A stretch of DNA of 63,078 nt, the filler included, from Choristocarpus tenellus KU-1152 (lineage: Eukaryota > Protista > Phaeophyceae), in NCBI GenBank assembly GCA_964200185.2. It is 11 parts of 11 records of this genome, joined end to end, with 100 filler letters (N's around TTAATTAATTAA, not from the genome) between each part and the next. Parts side by side here need not be neighbours in the genome. Positions count along the whole stretch, not along the records: positions 51,498 to 56,673 come from CAXNAD020011609.1; positions 56,774 to 59,894 come from CAXNAD020022172.1; positions 59,995 to 63,078 come from CAXNAD020022432.1; 8 more parts are not named here. One strand, given 5' to 3'. The notes under the pieces are model-generated. The model was not told the origin of the DNA, searched no databases, and saw only the letters and a program-made list of their open reading frames with translations. Made by a program: the position numbers and the translations under genes. Below are positions 51,398 through 63,078 of this stretch, piece after piece. Numbering within the stretch: the first letter of the stretch is position 1; the number at the start of each line of letters is the position of its first letter.

Positions 51398-54300
51398 NNN
51401 NNNNNNNNNNNNNNNNNNNNNNNNNNNNNNNNNNNNNNNNNTTAATTAATTAANNNNNNNNNNNNNNNNNNNNNNNNNNNNNNNNNNNNNNNNNNNNAAC
51501 AAGGGGAACGGTGGGGGAAGGGGGGGGGGTTGAGAGTGAGTGAACAAGAGCGCATCACAGTCTACCAAAAAAAAAAAGAAAAAGAAAGGAGGCAGATCCT
51601 TTGCGTTCGTACCGCCCCAGTGAAAAGATTCAGTAAAGTACTGTGGAGGGGGTTCTATGTCACATGGGGGAGATGTATATATGTGTGTGTGTGTGTGTGT
51701 TTGTGTAACTTCTCTCAACTATTTTAAGTTTTTAAAATTTTGCCTGCTGACCTCTCTCCTCACGAATTTTAAGTGCAACGCCCGCTTCTCACGTGGTCTG
51801 ACGGAGGAGGATATTTTGGGTGGGTCACTTTCTTCTAGAATTTTATTAAAAAGAAAAAGCTTGGAGTGCAGTAGTTGACGTTTCGTTCCTTGAAACACGG
51901 AAAGACGTCATCCCTCCAACAAACGCACCCCGGGTTTTTGAAGTTGTATTGCTCTCACCGCAGCGTTGATCGCATATTGTTTTGGAATCGATTTTTTTTT
52001 TTTTTTGTTGGGGCCAATTTCACCTTTTTGCTTTTCTATGTAATGGTAATCCTATGTGCTGCAGAAATATTCTCTGTTGCTTTCAATGGTCGTTTTATAT
52101 TTGGCGTGATAGGACTAAGTCACCAAGTGGGACACACACAGACACACACTGAGAGAGAGAGAGAGAGAGAGAGATACAAACAGGCACACACCATGCATAT
52201 ATTCTAAAGCAAAATATCCATGGGTTTGCAGTTGTAAAATGGCGTTATGTTTGGGAATGTTGGTGCAGCGGTCACTCCGTACAGGCATCCTTTTTTTTTC
52301 ATTGCATTTTTTTTTCTTTTTAGTCTTGTTTCCTACACGCTGTACTCTCTTGTGCATCTGCAGTGTTTGGTTAGAATTTATTTATATTTTTTAGCAAGAA
52401 AAATCATGCATTGTACCTTTACCGTTGATACTTTGTTTCAATTAGCACTGGCCTTGAGTTCAGAGTACCTGTGTGTATGTGTACCGATATGGGTTGTGAC
52501 GGGCATGTGTGAGGGTTGCCATACGACAATAGCATGCGTGGGGTGGGCTAAGCCTTGCGGATGAGGTCTCTTGCTCATCGGACTGCAACTTACTCACTGA
52601 ACATGGTGTTATTTAACTCTACCAGGGATGACTCCTTTTTGGTGGGAGTTGCTAGAGATTAGCCAACAATGGCATGTACCAAGTATTGAACAGGTACGAG
52701 GAAGGCTTGGGGAAGAAGTAATTTTTTGGGTAGTGTTGGCTCCACTGAGAGGACTGGAGAGGGGCCACAGGAGTCTCATTTCTTAGGATTTGACTGAGTT
52801 GGTCATGCACTGGGGGGCTTCCTTTGCTGTTCCATGTAGGTAGGGTCCTTTCATCAACTTATAATCTAGAATAAGATGCAGGGTGAGTGGGATATAGGTA
52901 GGGTGTTCCTGGAGAGGGATGAACTGTGGGACACTTCACACTACGCTGACCCTTCTATGATGAACATGGGGTGACTCTCATGGGGTTACAAGTACATGGA
53001 ATGCTTACAATCAGGCAGTCCAAGTGTGTGTAAGAGATGCGTGTCAACCCAGGTACAGCAAAAGTAAGCCGGAGTCGAGCATAACAAAGAAGACAAACGC
53101 AAAAGAGTATAACAGATTGGAGAGCAGGTGTTGACACCCCAACCCACATGGTGGAGCAGTGGATCACCTCTCATTGCCCTATGATCTAGACTGTTCAAAA
53201 TACCTCCTGTTTTTTGTTAAGTCGCTTCCCTCACCTCAAAACATAGGGTTGCCTGGGGTGTTATACCTCTCCCATGTTCCGATGAGCCTCTCTACCTATG
53301 CACTGCACTTTTTCGGGTTTTTTTGTTTGGAAGTAGGATGGAGGAGTACAAAACGAAACTGTCATCGTCCTCCATGTTTAATAGGTTCTGCTGGACAAGT
53401 TGGCGATAGAGAGGGAGCAGAAGCGGCTCCAAGGAGAGAACAAGGACCTCCAGAATATCGTCAATCAGGTGGTGCTTAAGTTGCAAGATTGGGTTTAGCG
53501 ATGGGTGATTCACCATCACCTAGCCGCCCCTCCTCCCAATCTCCCAACTGTCGTATTTTTTTTTAAAGTCTTCCATACATGATTTTTACTCACTCAACTT
53601 TTCTAGGCATGATCCCCCACCGCTAAATCCTGCATCAACAATCCACCTCACTACACCCATGTCCATGGTTGATGCTGAATATTCCCAAGAAAATTCCATG
53701 CTACAAAGTGCCTCTACTTACATGTGTTTGCTGGAGGAGTAGTAGTTTATTCATAGTTATGGTTTTAGGAGTCTGTATTCCGATCCCTCCAGCACTCAAT
53801 TGATATCCAGTCCTCAAATTCCAAACAACTTATGATATGAAACCGTTTCAACAACTAGGAGTGCTGTGGCAGCTTAAAGAGTAACAATTGGGTGGGTCAA
53901 ACATGAAAAGATGTGGTCAACTACGGGGGTTTCAGATGACAGTACTTGGCATGTGAATATAGCATTATCCTGCTTACTATCAATACCACACAACAGTATA
54001 TGGCATATACTATATGGTATATTGTACTGCTATGGAGTTATGTACATTGTGGATGTCTGCTCAATACTTAGAGGACAACAGTAATTCAAGCTCTTCCCAG
54101 TACCTCACAATCCCTTTTGCATCCAACTTCCCCTTCGGTGGGGTTACATCTGCTGATTGTGGTGAGTGTGCGAAACAGTACCTGGCAGGCATCAGTGTGA
54201 AGGAGGATGTGCTATCCGAGCCAAATCCCCTGCTGGTTGTCAACGGTCGGGTCAATATTAATAGGTCCCTCTCTAGCACACAGGGGCAGATTCAGGGCCA

Positions 54301-56775
54301 ACGTATCTCGTCTGTTGAAGCAAACCACATGGTTGCCACTGGGCGGATCAACACACGCAACGGCCTATGATGACGGTTCTGCTGGCAAGCAGTCCAGGGG
54401 TGGCACTCAACAAATAGTGGCAGTAGTGGTAGTAGTGGTAGTAGTAGTAGAAGTAGTAGTAGTAGTAGCAGTAGAAGATCAAGTACTACAATTTACAACA
54501 GCTCCGATTTTTATTTCCATATACACGGTACTGATTTGTAGTGTGTGTGGAATACTCGGTGTCACCCCAGTGTGCTGTGTGTGTTGATGAATTTCCGTTG
54601 CTTGTACCATGCAGATGGGGTGCTTACTTTATCTACTACGGTGGTAATAACCAGTCTATCACTTGCCAAGTCTTAGTGCCTACATTTAATGATACAATGA
54701 GAACCTTGGGGCCTTATCTCCTTTGGTTTTGCGTAAGGTTTTTCCTTGTGAGCTGAGAGTACAAAATGTCCATTGTATAGGAATGTGCCATGACAGCAAC
54801 AATCGTAAACGGTGAAAGTGTGTGACATTCGGGTCTTTTGGGGAGTCACTAGAAAGGGTACTACTGTGTCGTATTATTTGTGTTTGTCTGAGGTAAAGGA
54901 CAGTTAAACATTTGAAACACACCAAAAAGACTGTAACAATACTCCACAAAGTCCGGGACTTAGAGGACACTCCCGAGCACTTGTCTTGTACAAAGTACTC
55001 TACAATTTCCATGGCATAGTGGGCGTCATCCCATGCAACTGTGGGAACAACCAGCCCTCATGGGGATGTCCGAGGCAGCACTTTCGTATTCGACGTCCAA
55101 CATGGTTTGGAGTGCCGGAGGAGATGCATCACGCCCGTGGCCAAAGATGTCGTCGACGGTGACTCGCTTATTGCATGTGAACATTGTCCCATTGTTGTGC
55201 GCAAGAAGAATCATGTCCTGACAACATCTGAGATGGTTATCTGTGCCTAATTGAGGGCGCCCCCCCATCCTCGTCTTGTATATTAGGGTTAGGGGATGAT
55301 CCTCCACAATCAAGCCCACCTTCGACGCAGTAAGAGCCTCTGAATGAAGAGAAGGCGGGAGCGAGCGCGTGGGTCCGGCATGCGTCAAACTTGACAGTGA
55401 CATCACACAAGTAGTTATCGTAGGGATTCATGAAATCTCATACCACTAACGTTATAATAGTACAATGAGTGTGGAACGCAAGGCAAATAACCAATGCAAA
55501 AATTGCAAACAATAGGAAATTAAGTAATAATAGAAGAAAATATGGCAAAAACAATGTAGTGAAGACGAGTAACGCCAGCATGCGATTCGCGGACAATGAA
55601 ACAAAGAAGTACGTAGTTGCCGGGGGGAAAGAGCAAGCGACACAAAAGGAAGTAGAAGGTACGAAGGACATGAAACAACATGGGGAAAGTGAAAAATATA
55701 GGAATACACACGACCTAATCCGCATCTCCTGAACGGTCGCATAATATTCGATCGGCACACGGACGGAATGATAACGGCCATGGCGGATTGCAATAGTCTC
55801 CCGCAATACACCCCATATTTCAGCACTGGCGAACTCTGCAACTCACTGTGTAGGAGGTGTGCTTGCGCGGCCCGCGGGTGGGGCACAAATAGCGCGATGG
55901 TGCCCTGAGGATGCATCTTAGGCCGCAAGCACTGAAGCATCTCGCGCAGGTGTGTGTTAGTCGTCTCTTCGTCGATGAGGAGTCTTGGCTCGGCGGCAAT
56001 GGACACTATGGCGAGCTTTGGCGCGTTGCGGAAGGCGAAATCACCAAGTTTGTCTAAGGATATCGTGGGTTCGAGAGGGCGAAGGTCATGTAGTGCAGTG
56101 TTCTCACTCCTGCTTGGACATCATGAAACACGACACAGTAGACAGACAGCACGACAACAAGGACAGCATGGTAAGCTACGGTGCAGGCAATCATTTCATT
56201 AAGTGAGTTCCTGACGATATTTCCACAGCATCTCCAAAATGTCAGGCCGTACCCTCCACAACGCCAGACTCATCAGACACATCTCGTGGAAGGAGGGTAG
56301 ACGTCAAAACACCAAGTTCCATGTCCCATGGAACCCCCCCAAAAAGCGACACATCCAAGGTACAAAGGGCGAGCAATCCACATGATGTACAAGCATTCAA
56401 GACCTATGTGCAAACCAACGCGAAAACAAACACGCAGAGACGACTTGTGTGTCTGTATAATGTGCAACCACGCCGAGACCTACATGCACTTCTCCATGTC
56501 GGCCGTTTCGCGGCGTGAGGGGGGACATAAAAGGCTTTGCGTCGTGGTTGACCCACCCGCGCTCCTTGCGCGAGCCTTACCCTTGTCCTTGCCCCTGCCC
56601 CGATCCGCCGCTTCGTTCCCCGCCGATCCAGACCCTTCACTGCCCTCCTGTGCCATGGGGCAATTAATACATANNNNNNNNNNNNNNNNNNNNNNNNNNN
56701 NNNNNNNNNNNNNNNNNTTAATTAATTAANNNNNNNNNNNNNNNNNNNNNNNNNNNNNNNNNNNNNNNNNNNNAC

Positions 56776-56973
56776 CTCGATCTGGTAGCCGAAGTCCGTC
56801 GCCACCGTCTTCGCAACGAAAATGGTCGCCTCATCGCGTCCCATTGCCTTTCCCTGAGGATGGACGGCCTCAGCAAAACATCGCTGCGTCTCCGTTGGGA
56901 CGAGGGTCTGCCCCAAGGCTCCCGGCAGGCAGGAAGGGTCTATCACGCGTTCTTGAACAAGAGACGTGGATAC
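56776..56973 (-). CDS. Isolated internal exon of an unidentified gene
   Basis: ttccag| acceptor, 66 open GC-rich codons, gag|gt donor at the contig edge. Confidence 0.45.
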
Positions 56974-57921
56974 CTGGAACATCATGTGCGTACATGTGAT
57001 AGCCCAACAATGTGGCAGTGAAGTGGGTTAGCCATGCGATAAGGTTTTGTCACATATGTATGGGTTATTCCGGCGCTGGTTAAAGATGTTCTGGTGTACT
57101 GCAGCACGTTTGTTTTTTGTTCGTGCGGGGAAGGAGGACATTATGACGGGACAAGGGTTAGGTGGGGAGCGATCGCTGGACACACGCGGCCTGCAGCACC
57201 GAGAGACATGTTGCTGTGGACAGGAATACCACGAGTGATAAAAAAGATGAGCAACGAAAAGATCCACAATGGGCTGACTGACAATGAACATAGCAAGGGA
57301 AGCTCGGCAACAACTTTGTATATAAGAATAGCCATCAGGCGATCACGGAACAACGAAAACACTCAACTTACTTCGGTGCTTAGTTGATCAGAATGGTCAG
57401 GCGATTATGTCTCTCCTTGAAGTTGGCATAGACATCGTCATCTGTCCCAATCTGTGTGTCCTGATGTCACGTCGGTTGCACCATGTATAGGTTGCGTTAT
57501 GTTGAAGTTTTGTTGGTCGAGGATAAACATGTTATAAAGCTTAATCCATAGAGTGTTAAGGGTGGATATATGCAATACTTGTAACGATGACAGTCACTAG
57601 TGCGGAATACCTCTGAGCGTGCTGTTGGTACAGTGCATTCGGGTGGCAAACTCTCTTGTTCGTGTGTGGGTCCAAGTAGTGCATGCCCTGAGTGGAATCA
57701 TGAGATGTGACCGGATCGTGGGGCATGGCGGTGCTGTTGCTCTCCCATACGGTGATGCCAAGAACATGAATACATCCCATGAAGCATGTAGGACGAAATG
57801 AATTGAGGTAATTTATCGAACGGTAGAGTGTGTGTTTTGATCTGAATTTTTTGGGAAACAGTTGACAAATGCTTGGTGGGTGTCGCCCTAGATAATATTG
57901 GCGTATGTATGTACTGTTACA

Positions 57922-58083
57922 GGCGAATAGCGCGAGCATTTCTTCTTGTGTTCCAACGAAGCGCGAACATTTGTATTACGTGAATAATGCGAGCATTTCT
58001 TCTCATGTTTTTGCAAACACGAACATTTGTGACAGAAGTATAGTGCGAGGATTATTCCTCGCATTCTAACAAGTGCGAACAAT
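57922..58083. repeat. Degenerate ~57-bp tandem repeat, 3 copies
   Basis: gcgagcatttcttc..cgaacatttgt recurring. Confidence 0.6.
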
Positions 58084-58698
58084 ATACGATATTAGTAACA
58101 CATAGGTAGCCTTACAGAAGAAATGATGATTTCATAGAAGATGCAGAGTAAGATTTGGAATGCATACGTAACATTACAGAAGAAAATGTCAAAGTCCCTA
58201 AGAAGTTGCAGAATAAAGATTTATGATTGGAGTACGCGTAGAGCAGTTGCGTAGGAGACCAAAGAAATTGGGTGGATGATGAAAATAATAAGAGGACTTT
58301 TGTTTAAACACCGCTTTTGACCCTTATTACCTTCAGTCTTATCTTTATCTTCAATGAAACTTTGAGTCGAGCTTTGAGCTAAGCACTGGAGTGGAATATT
58401 AAGAGAGAAGGACACCTGACACCCTACAAACTGTTATCAAGAGGAACGCCCCCATAGCGTCGTTTATGGTCGTTGGACTTGAGTTGCATATTCTGTGGAG
58501 GTGAGTTCTGAGGGGCACGCTGTACCATGGAGGTCCTATCGAGACTTCCACCCTGTAACAGTACTACAATTGACGTGTTCTGTCGAACGGTAAACTATTG
58601 TGTAGGATGGGCTTTGTGGTGGAAGGGATACTGAACGTTTCATGTGGTATCGTTCTATACATATCCCCAGATGCACATACCATTGTATGTGCCTCTTT

Positions 58699-58954
58699 GA
58701 GTGAGAGTATCTTAGAGGGTACGAGTTTTGCCCTGTTTGTCCATTTGGGGCTTGGCTTCCCATGGGTTTTTGTAACGTTTTCCTACTCCAAAATATTCTG
58801 GAGTAGGTAAAATGTATACGTTATGAAAAGGTGTGTCCAGAACAAGGATATTGACACTTCCTAACAAACAAGATAGTCAAAATTACATCAAAATCGCAAC
58901 ATTGGTTTTTCCCTCCAAATGGACACGCCTCTACCCTCAAAGATACTTTGGCTC
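58699..58954 (+). mobile_element. MITE family A
   Basis: Both TIRs; TTT duplicated. Confidence 0.93.
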
Positions 58955-59020
58955 TTTCTCTACAGGGGATATGAGATTGCTCTTGAGTTTTTGAAAAATT
59001 GAGGACGATCGATTGGAGGC

Positions 59021-59462
59021 TGTGGCTTCAAATAAGTTGGTATGTGGACTGCCGTAGAGTCAAAGTATCTTAGAGGGTACAGCCATGTCCAATTGGGGGC
59101 CAAAATCCAATGTTGCGATTTTGATGAAATTTTAGCTATCATGTTTATTAGGAAATGTCAACATGCTTGTTCCGGACACACCTTTTCACAACATACACAT
59201 TTGACCTTCTCCGAAACATTTTTGAGTACGTAAAATGTCATTAAAAACCCGTGGGAAGCCAAGCCCCAAATGGACAAAGAGGGAAAAACTCGGCGTACCC
59301 TGTGAGATACTTTCACTCCGTAACTTTTGCCATACTTTGTCGTACGGTAAAGTATGGCAAAAATGACATGAGGCATGTGGCTTCAAATGAGTTGGTATGT
59401 GGACCGCCGCAAGTTTTGTCATACTTTGTCGTATGGTAAAGTATGGCGAAAAGGACATGAGG
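59021..59462. repeat. Two-unit ~87-bp tandem repeat with an internal hairpin; unit 1 is interrupted by MITE A
   Basis: tgtggcttcaaat.agttggtatgtggac occurs twice; stem ttttgccatacttt/aaagtatggcaaaa at 59325-59362. Confidence 0.85.
59057..59318 (-). mobile_element. MITE family A
   Basis: Both TIRs; TSD CGTA confirmed by the adjacent empty repeat unit. Confidence 0.95.
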
Positions 59463-60487
59463 CCAGTGGATGGAGGAAGAGCGAAACATGTCTTGGCATA
59501 ATTCCATTATTGTGTAATGGTCAGGGACGGTGTGAAGGTTGGGGTACGGGGTTAGGGTTGGGACAGGTGTTAGGGCTGGGATCGGAAACAGAAACTGGAA
59601 GGAACATCGTTTAGTTCCGATACATATCGGAATGAAGATATCGGAGGACACGAACTTCGTCGTCAGGTTTCGTTCTGCTCTTGATGGGAAGACGTGTGCA
59701 TGTCACCGGTTTGGAGCTATGGTGGAACTGGTGAACACCACGTGTCTCTGATTTCGATGCAAATGTATGAATTTCGGAAGGATATGGTGACAATATGCTT
59801 CACTATGCCTAGTCTTCAAGCGCTAATCCCTCTCTCAGGTAATTACAGAACGCACAGGCTACATTGGAGTGTGTCTAGCTGCGACGGAGGCCTGNNNNNN
59901 NNNNNNNNNNNNNNNNNNNNNNNNNNNNNNNNNNNNNNTTAATTAATTAANNNNNNNNNNNNNNNNNNNNNNNNNNNNNNNNNNNNNNNNNNNNGCCTCG
60001 GCAGCTTCTAACCCTGCTCCGTGCAAGTGTTTGAGCATCTACCCCATGGGGAGGGGGGGGGGCGGGATGGAATGCTTTCATTGGCAACAAATACTAACTC
60101 GCTTTCAAAAAAAAAAAATTGACAAAAAATATTCTACTTCTTTTCCTTGTGCAAATAAGAAAATGTCCCCTTTCTCTTGACTGTTTCTAAACAATATGTC
60201 ACCAAAGCGGTGAAAATTGGAACCTTTTTTTTAACAAAAATAAAAATACATATTACACATAGCCACATCACTCCGATGCTGGCCTCCAATTTCTTAAGTC
60301 AACAACTCACAAAAAAAAGAAAATATTTTATAAAGAAAAAAATCGCAATATTGGAACTTTGTGCTCCTGAAAAATCTCGAAGTAATAAAAGATAGGTCTG
60401 TTTCTTCTCACACCAAGTAGGCAGAGTTTGAGATAGGGTTAGGGTTACGAATAACTTACCTCACCGTCCAGGCACCGAGCGTCAGGA

Positions 60488-60538
60488 TACATCATACATC
60501 ATACATTATACATCATCATACATCATACATCATACATC
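60488..60538. repeat. Microsatellite (ATCATAC)n
   Basis: Seen directly. Confidence 0.85.
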
Positions 60539-61223
60539 AATTTATGCTAGTAGTAGTAACAATGTCAGGTATAGGTTGCCTTTTGGGGATCTCCCAACAT
60601 TTGATGAGGATAATATGTGCAGTCATATACATTTGCACACGTCACTTTTTGCCATTGAGGTCAGGACAAGTGAAGTGGTGTGGGTCAGACGCAACGACCG
60701 CCTCACAGTAACCCTGACAAGAACGGTGGATTCAAACCAGCAAAGCCCGAGATCGTGTTTTCTGTTCTGACTGGTCACAACCAATCACAGTGAAGATCGA
60801 TTCACATTGCACTCTGAGGCTGTCAACATGCAATGCACCCAGCATGGCTCAGTCTCATCTCTCACTTCCTTTCTGAACCACGCCTCATCTCTGGTGGTTC
60901 TAATCACCCCCCATCTCACAGATCTCTGGTGGTTCTAACCCTAACCCTTCACAGTGGTACCAACACCGATCTTTGTTGAGGGGGGTCATCGGAGATGTAG
61001 GGGTACGCCACAATGGTGGACAAGAAGGAAGTGCAACCAACTCAAAACGTTTATTGACCCTGGTCAGAAAGTTGAGATGAGAGGAAGGATGATCCAATAT
61101 CCCAAATCGTGCACATCCTGAGTCCCGTCGAAAAGGCCAATCCAATACACCCTTGGTGGTTCACTTGAACACGATGACAGTGTCCAATGCCTGGGTGACA
61201 GCTCACACAGAACTAGGCCCCTT

Positions 61224-61238
61224 AACAACAACAACAGC

Positions 61239-61284
<46 letters not shown>
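61224..61284. repeat. (AAC)n(AAT)n microsatellite
   Basis: Seen directly. Confidence 0.95.
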
Positions 61285-61285
<1 letters not shown>

Positions 61286-61382
61286 TCCTTAACCATTAAT
61301 TACTCTAGCAGTCCTGATCTACCTGACCAACTCGTAAAGCACCTGTTCTCAGAGGCTCAGGTTCCCAGGGAATGAGTTTTAT

Positions 61383-61477
61383 GGTATTGGACTATTGCCT
61401 GTGAACTGGACACACAAAAGAAAGGGTATTGGACTATTGCCTGTGAACTGGACACACAAAAGAAATGGTATTGGACT
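61383..61477. repeat. 42-bp tandem repeat, ~2.3 copies
   Basis: ggtattggactattgcctgtgaactggacacacaaaagaaa. Confidence 0.9.
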
Positions 61478-62657
61478 TGCTCCGAATGTATTCTAAAGCC
61501 CTACCTCGTATCTCCATTATCTACATTCAAGTCCTTCAAAACTTAACTTACCAGTGAAACCAAAACAAGAGCAATGCTCAACGGAGGACTCTTAGAGTTA
61601 GGGTTAGGGTTAGGGTGAGTGAATGCATGCGATAGTGAGTCTGATTGTTGACTGCAAATGAGGCCATTAATCATAGCATATTGTATATTGTGTTCCTCTT
61701 GTGCTTGTGAGGATAATACCAACATATCGGAGAGGTGATTGAACACCATGTCAATTTAGTGGTACCATCTCTCTCATTGTGATACCACTAATATCAACAC
61801 CAGTACTCCCCCAATTGACTCCCTTGTGACATTACTATTGTACTTTGAGCATTGTGGAGGGTGCTTCTTTTTGGCTAACCATGTGTTTATGATTAATCTT
61901 CCCTTCTATACCCACCTCCTCCTAAGGGCGGATAACTGAAATTCACGCATGGAAAATGGTATGGTGTAACAGCACAACGTAAAAGTAAACTTAAATCTTA
62001 AAAAGGGACAAAGTAAACATAAATCTTAAAAAGGTACAAAATAACCCCCTTGAAGGTATACCTCATAGATGAATTTACTCTCAAGGAGAGGTGCCTCTAC
62101 AGAAGCATTCCTTCTCCCCCCTTCCCTCCCCCCCTCTATGTGTTGGTATGGTATGGTTAATTTAAAAAAATAGTTCTACGAAAACAAGAAGAGTTAAATT
62201 TAAAAACTAAATTGGGTAGAAAATTGCCAATTGATTTGATTGAACTGTCGAGACACAAGTCATAAAAAGGTTTCAGGCAGATTCGAAGTCATAAAGAAAC
62301 ATGTAGTGAGTTGTGGGTAGTGAAACCTTGTACCCAACCAATGAATGCAGTAGGTTGCGTGGTTCTTTGGCCTCTTACATACTGAGTCACTCTTCTACCC
62401 GCATAGAAAATTAAAAAAAATATATTAAAAAAACTGTTTTGTTTTGTTTATTCGTTTGTTTGTTTTTTCAGTTGTTTAGTTGTTCCAATTCATTGTACTC
62501 AAGTTGACTGAACTAACCCAGTTGACAACTCTTTAGTCTCAAGCTTCTGCATGGCAAAAATGCAAACAGTGGTATGCTCTCCTCTGAAACGGCCAGAAAA
62601 TAATAATAAATAAATAATAGTGACAGTGATTGTCACGCAAATGAATAAATACACACC

Positions 62658-62825
62658 GACTTCTAAATGAATGAAAGATTCCAACAGATTCTACTGTTTG
62701 ACTTCAAAATGAATGAAAGATTCCAATAGATTCTACTGTTTGACTTTTAAATGAATGAAAGATTCCAATAAATTCTACTGTTTGACTTCTAAATGATTGA
62801 AAGATTCCAATAAATTCTACTGTTT
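62658..62825. repeat. 42-bp minisatellite, 4 copies
   Basis: gacttctaaatgaatgaaagattccaa.agattctactgttt head to tail, no spacers. Confidence 0.93.
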
Positions 62826-63078
62826 CAATGCATAGTATCCGGACTTGACAAAAAATCAACACAGCATGATAGTAGTGACAATAATCAATTCTACCAGTAA
62901 TAACAATAAAACAAAAAAGATAATATTAATAACAATAGTGATACTCCACTATAACCGACCACCCTTAACTTCAATGATTTTTAAGAATAATATTAAATAC
63001 CTTGACCAGTTGACTCAACCTCCAGTCCTCTGCCACCAGTAGATCTTCCACCAGCCCCCCCCCCCCCCCCCCCCTACC

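Noticed and set aside
54014-54587. Overlapping 118- and 126-aa plus-strand ORFs
   Set aside because: No recognisable domain; the second runs through a (GTA)n microsatellite.
61064-61285. Poly-Leu signal-peptide-like ORF
   Set aside because: It is the translation of the (AAT)n microsatellite.
62658-62825. 42-bp repeats here and at 61383-61477 as CRISPR arrays
   Set aside because: Units are head to tail with no unique spacers, there are no cas genes, and the context is eukaryotic.

Overview
Eukaryotic, repeat-rich, intron-rich genomic DNA. It is most consistent with a stramenopile, probably a brown alga: this is inferred from TTAGGG-type repeats, GT-AG multi-exon genes and the look of the TE proteins. 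The window is not one locus. It is 11 short contigs joined by ten artificial 100-bp linkers (44N-TTAATTAATTAA-44N). Host content I can support: a tRNA-Asp(GTC); a multi-exon DUF3419/BtaA-like SAM-dependent transferase gene with a 33-nt microexon; a partial Cgr1/CCDC86-like gene; and the 3' part of a gene with Pro/Thr-rich repeats and a Cys-containing domain. The rest is mostly mobile DNA. There are 16 copies of a ~256-bp MITE (GAG..CTC termini, mostly 4-bp TSDs, central palindrome; Sola2-like) and a related poly-G-armed MITE that sits at many contig ends. A four-level nest runs mariner > Copia > MITE > solo LTR. Also present are a DIRS/Ngaro-type retroelement, CRE-like (RLE) LINE pieces including ultra-short insertions, and Gypsy and hAT remnants. 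I see no CRISPR array or prokaryotic-type system. The best novelty candidates are the MITE pair, the self-targeting RLE LINE and the DUF3419 gene.
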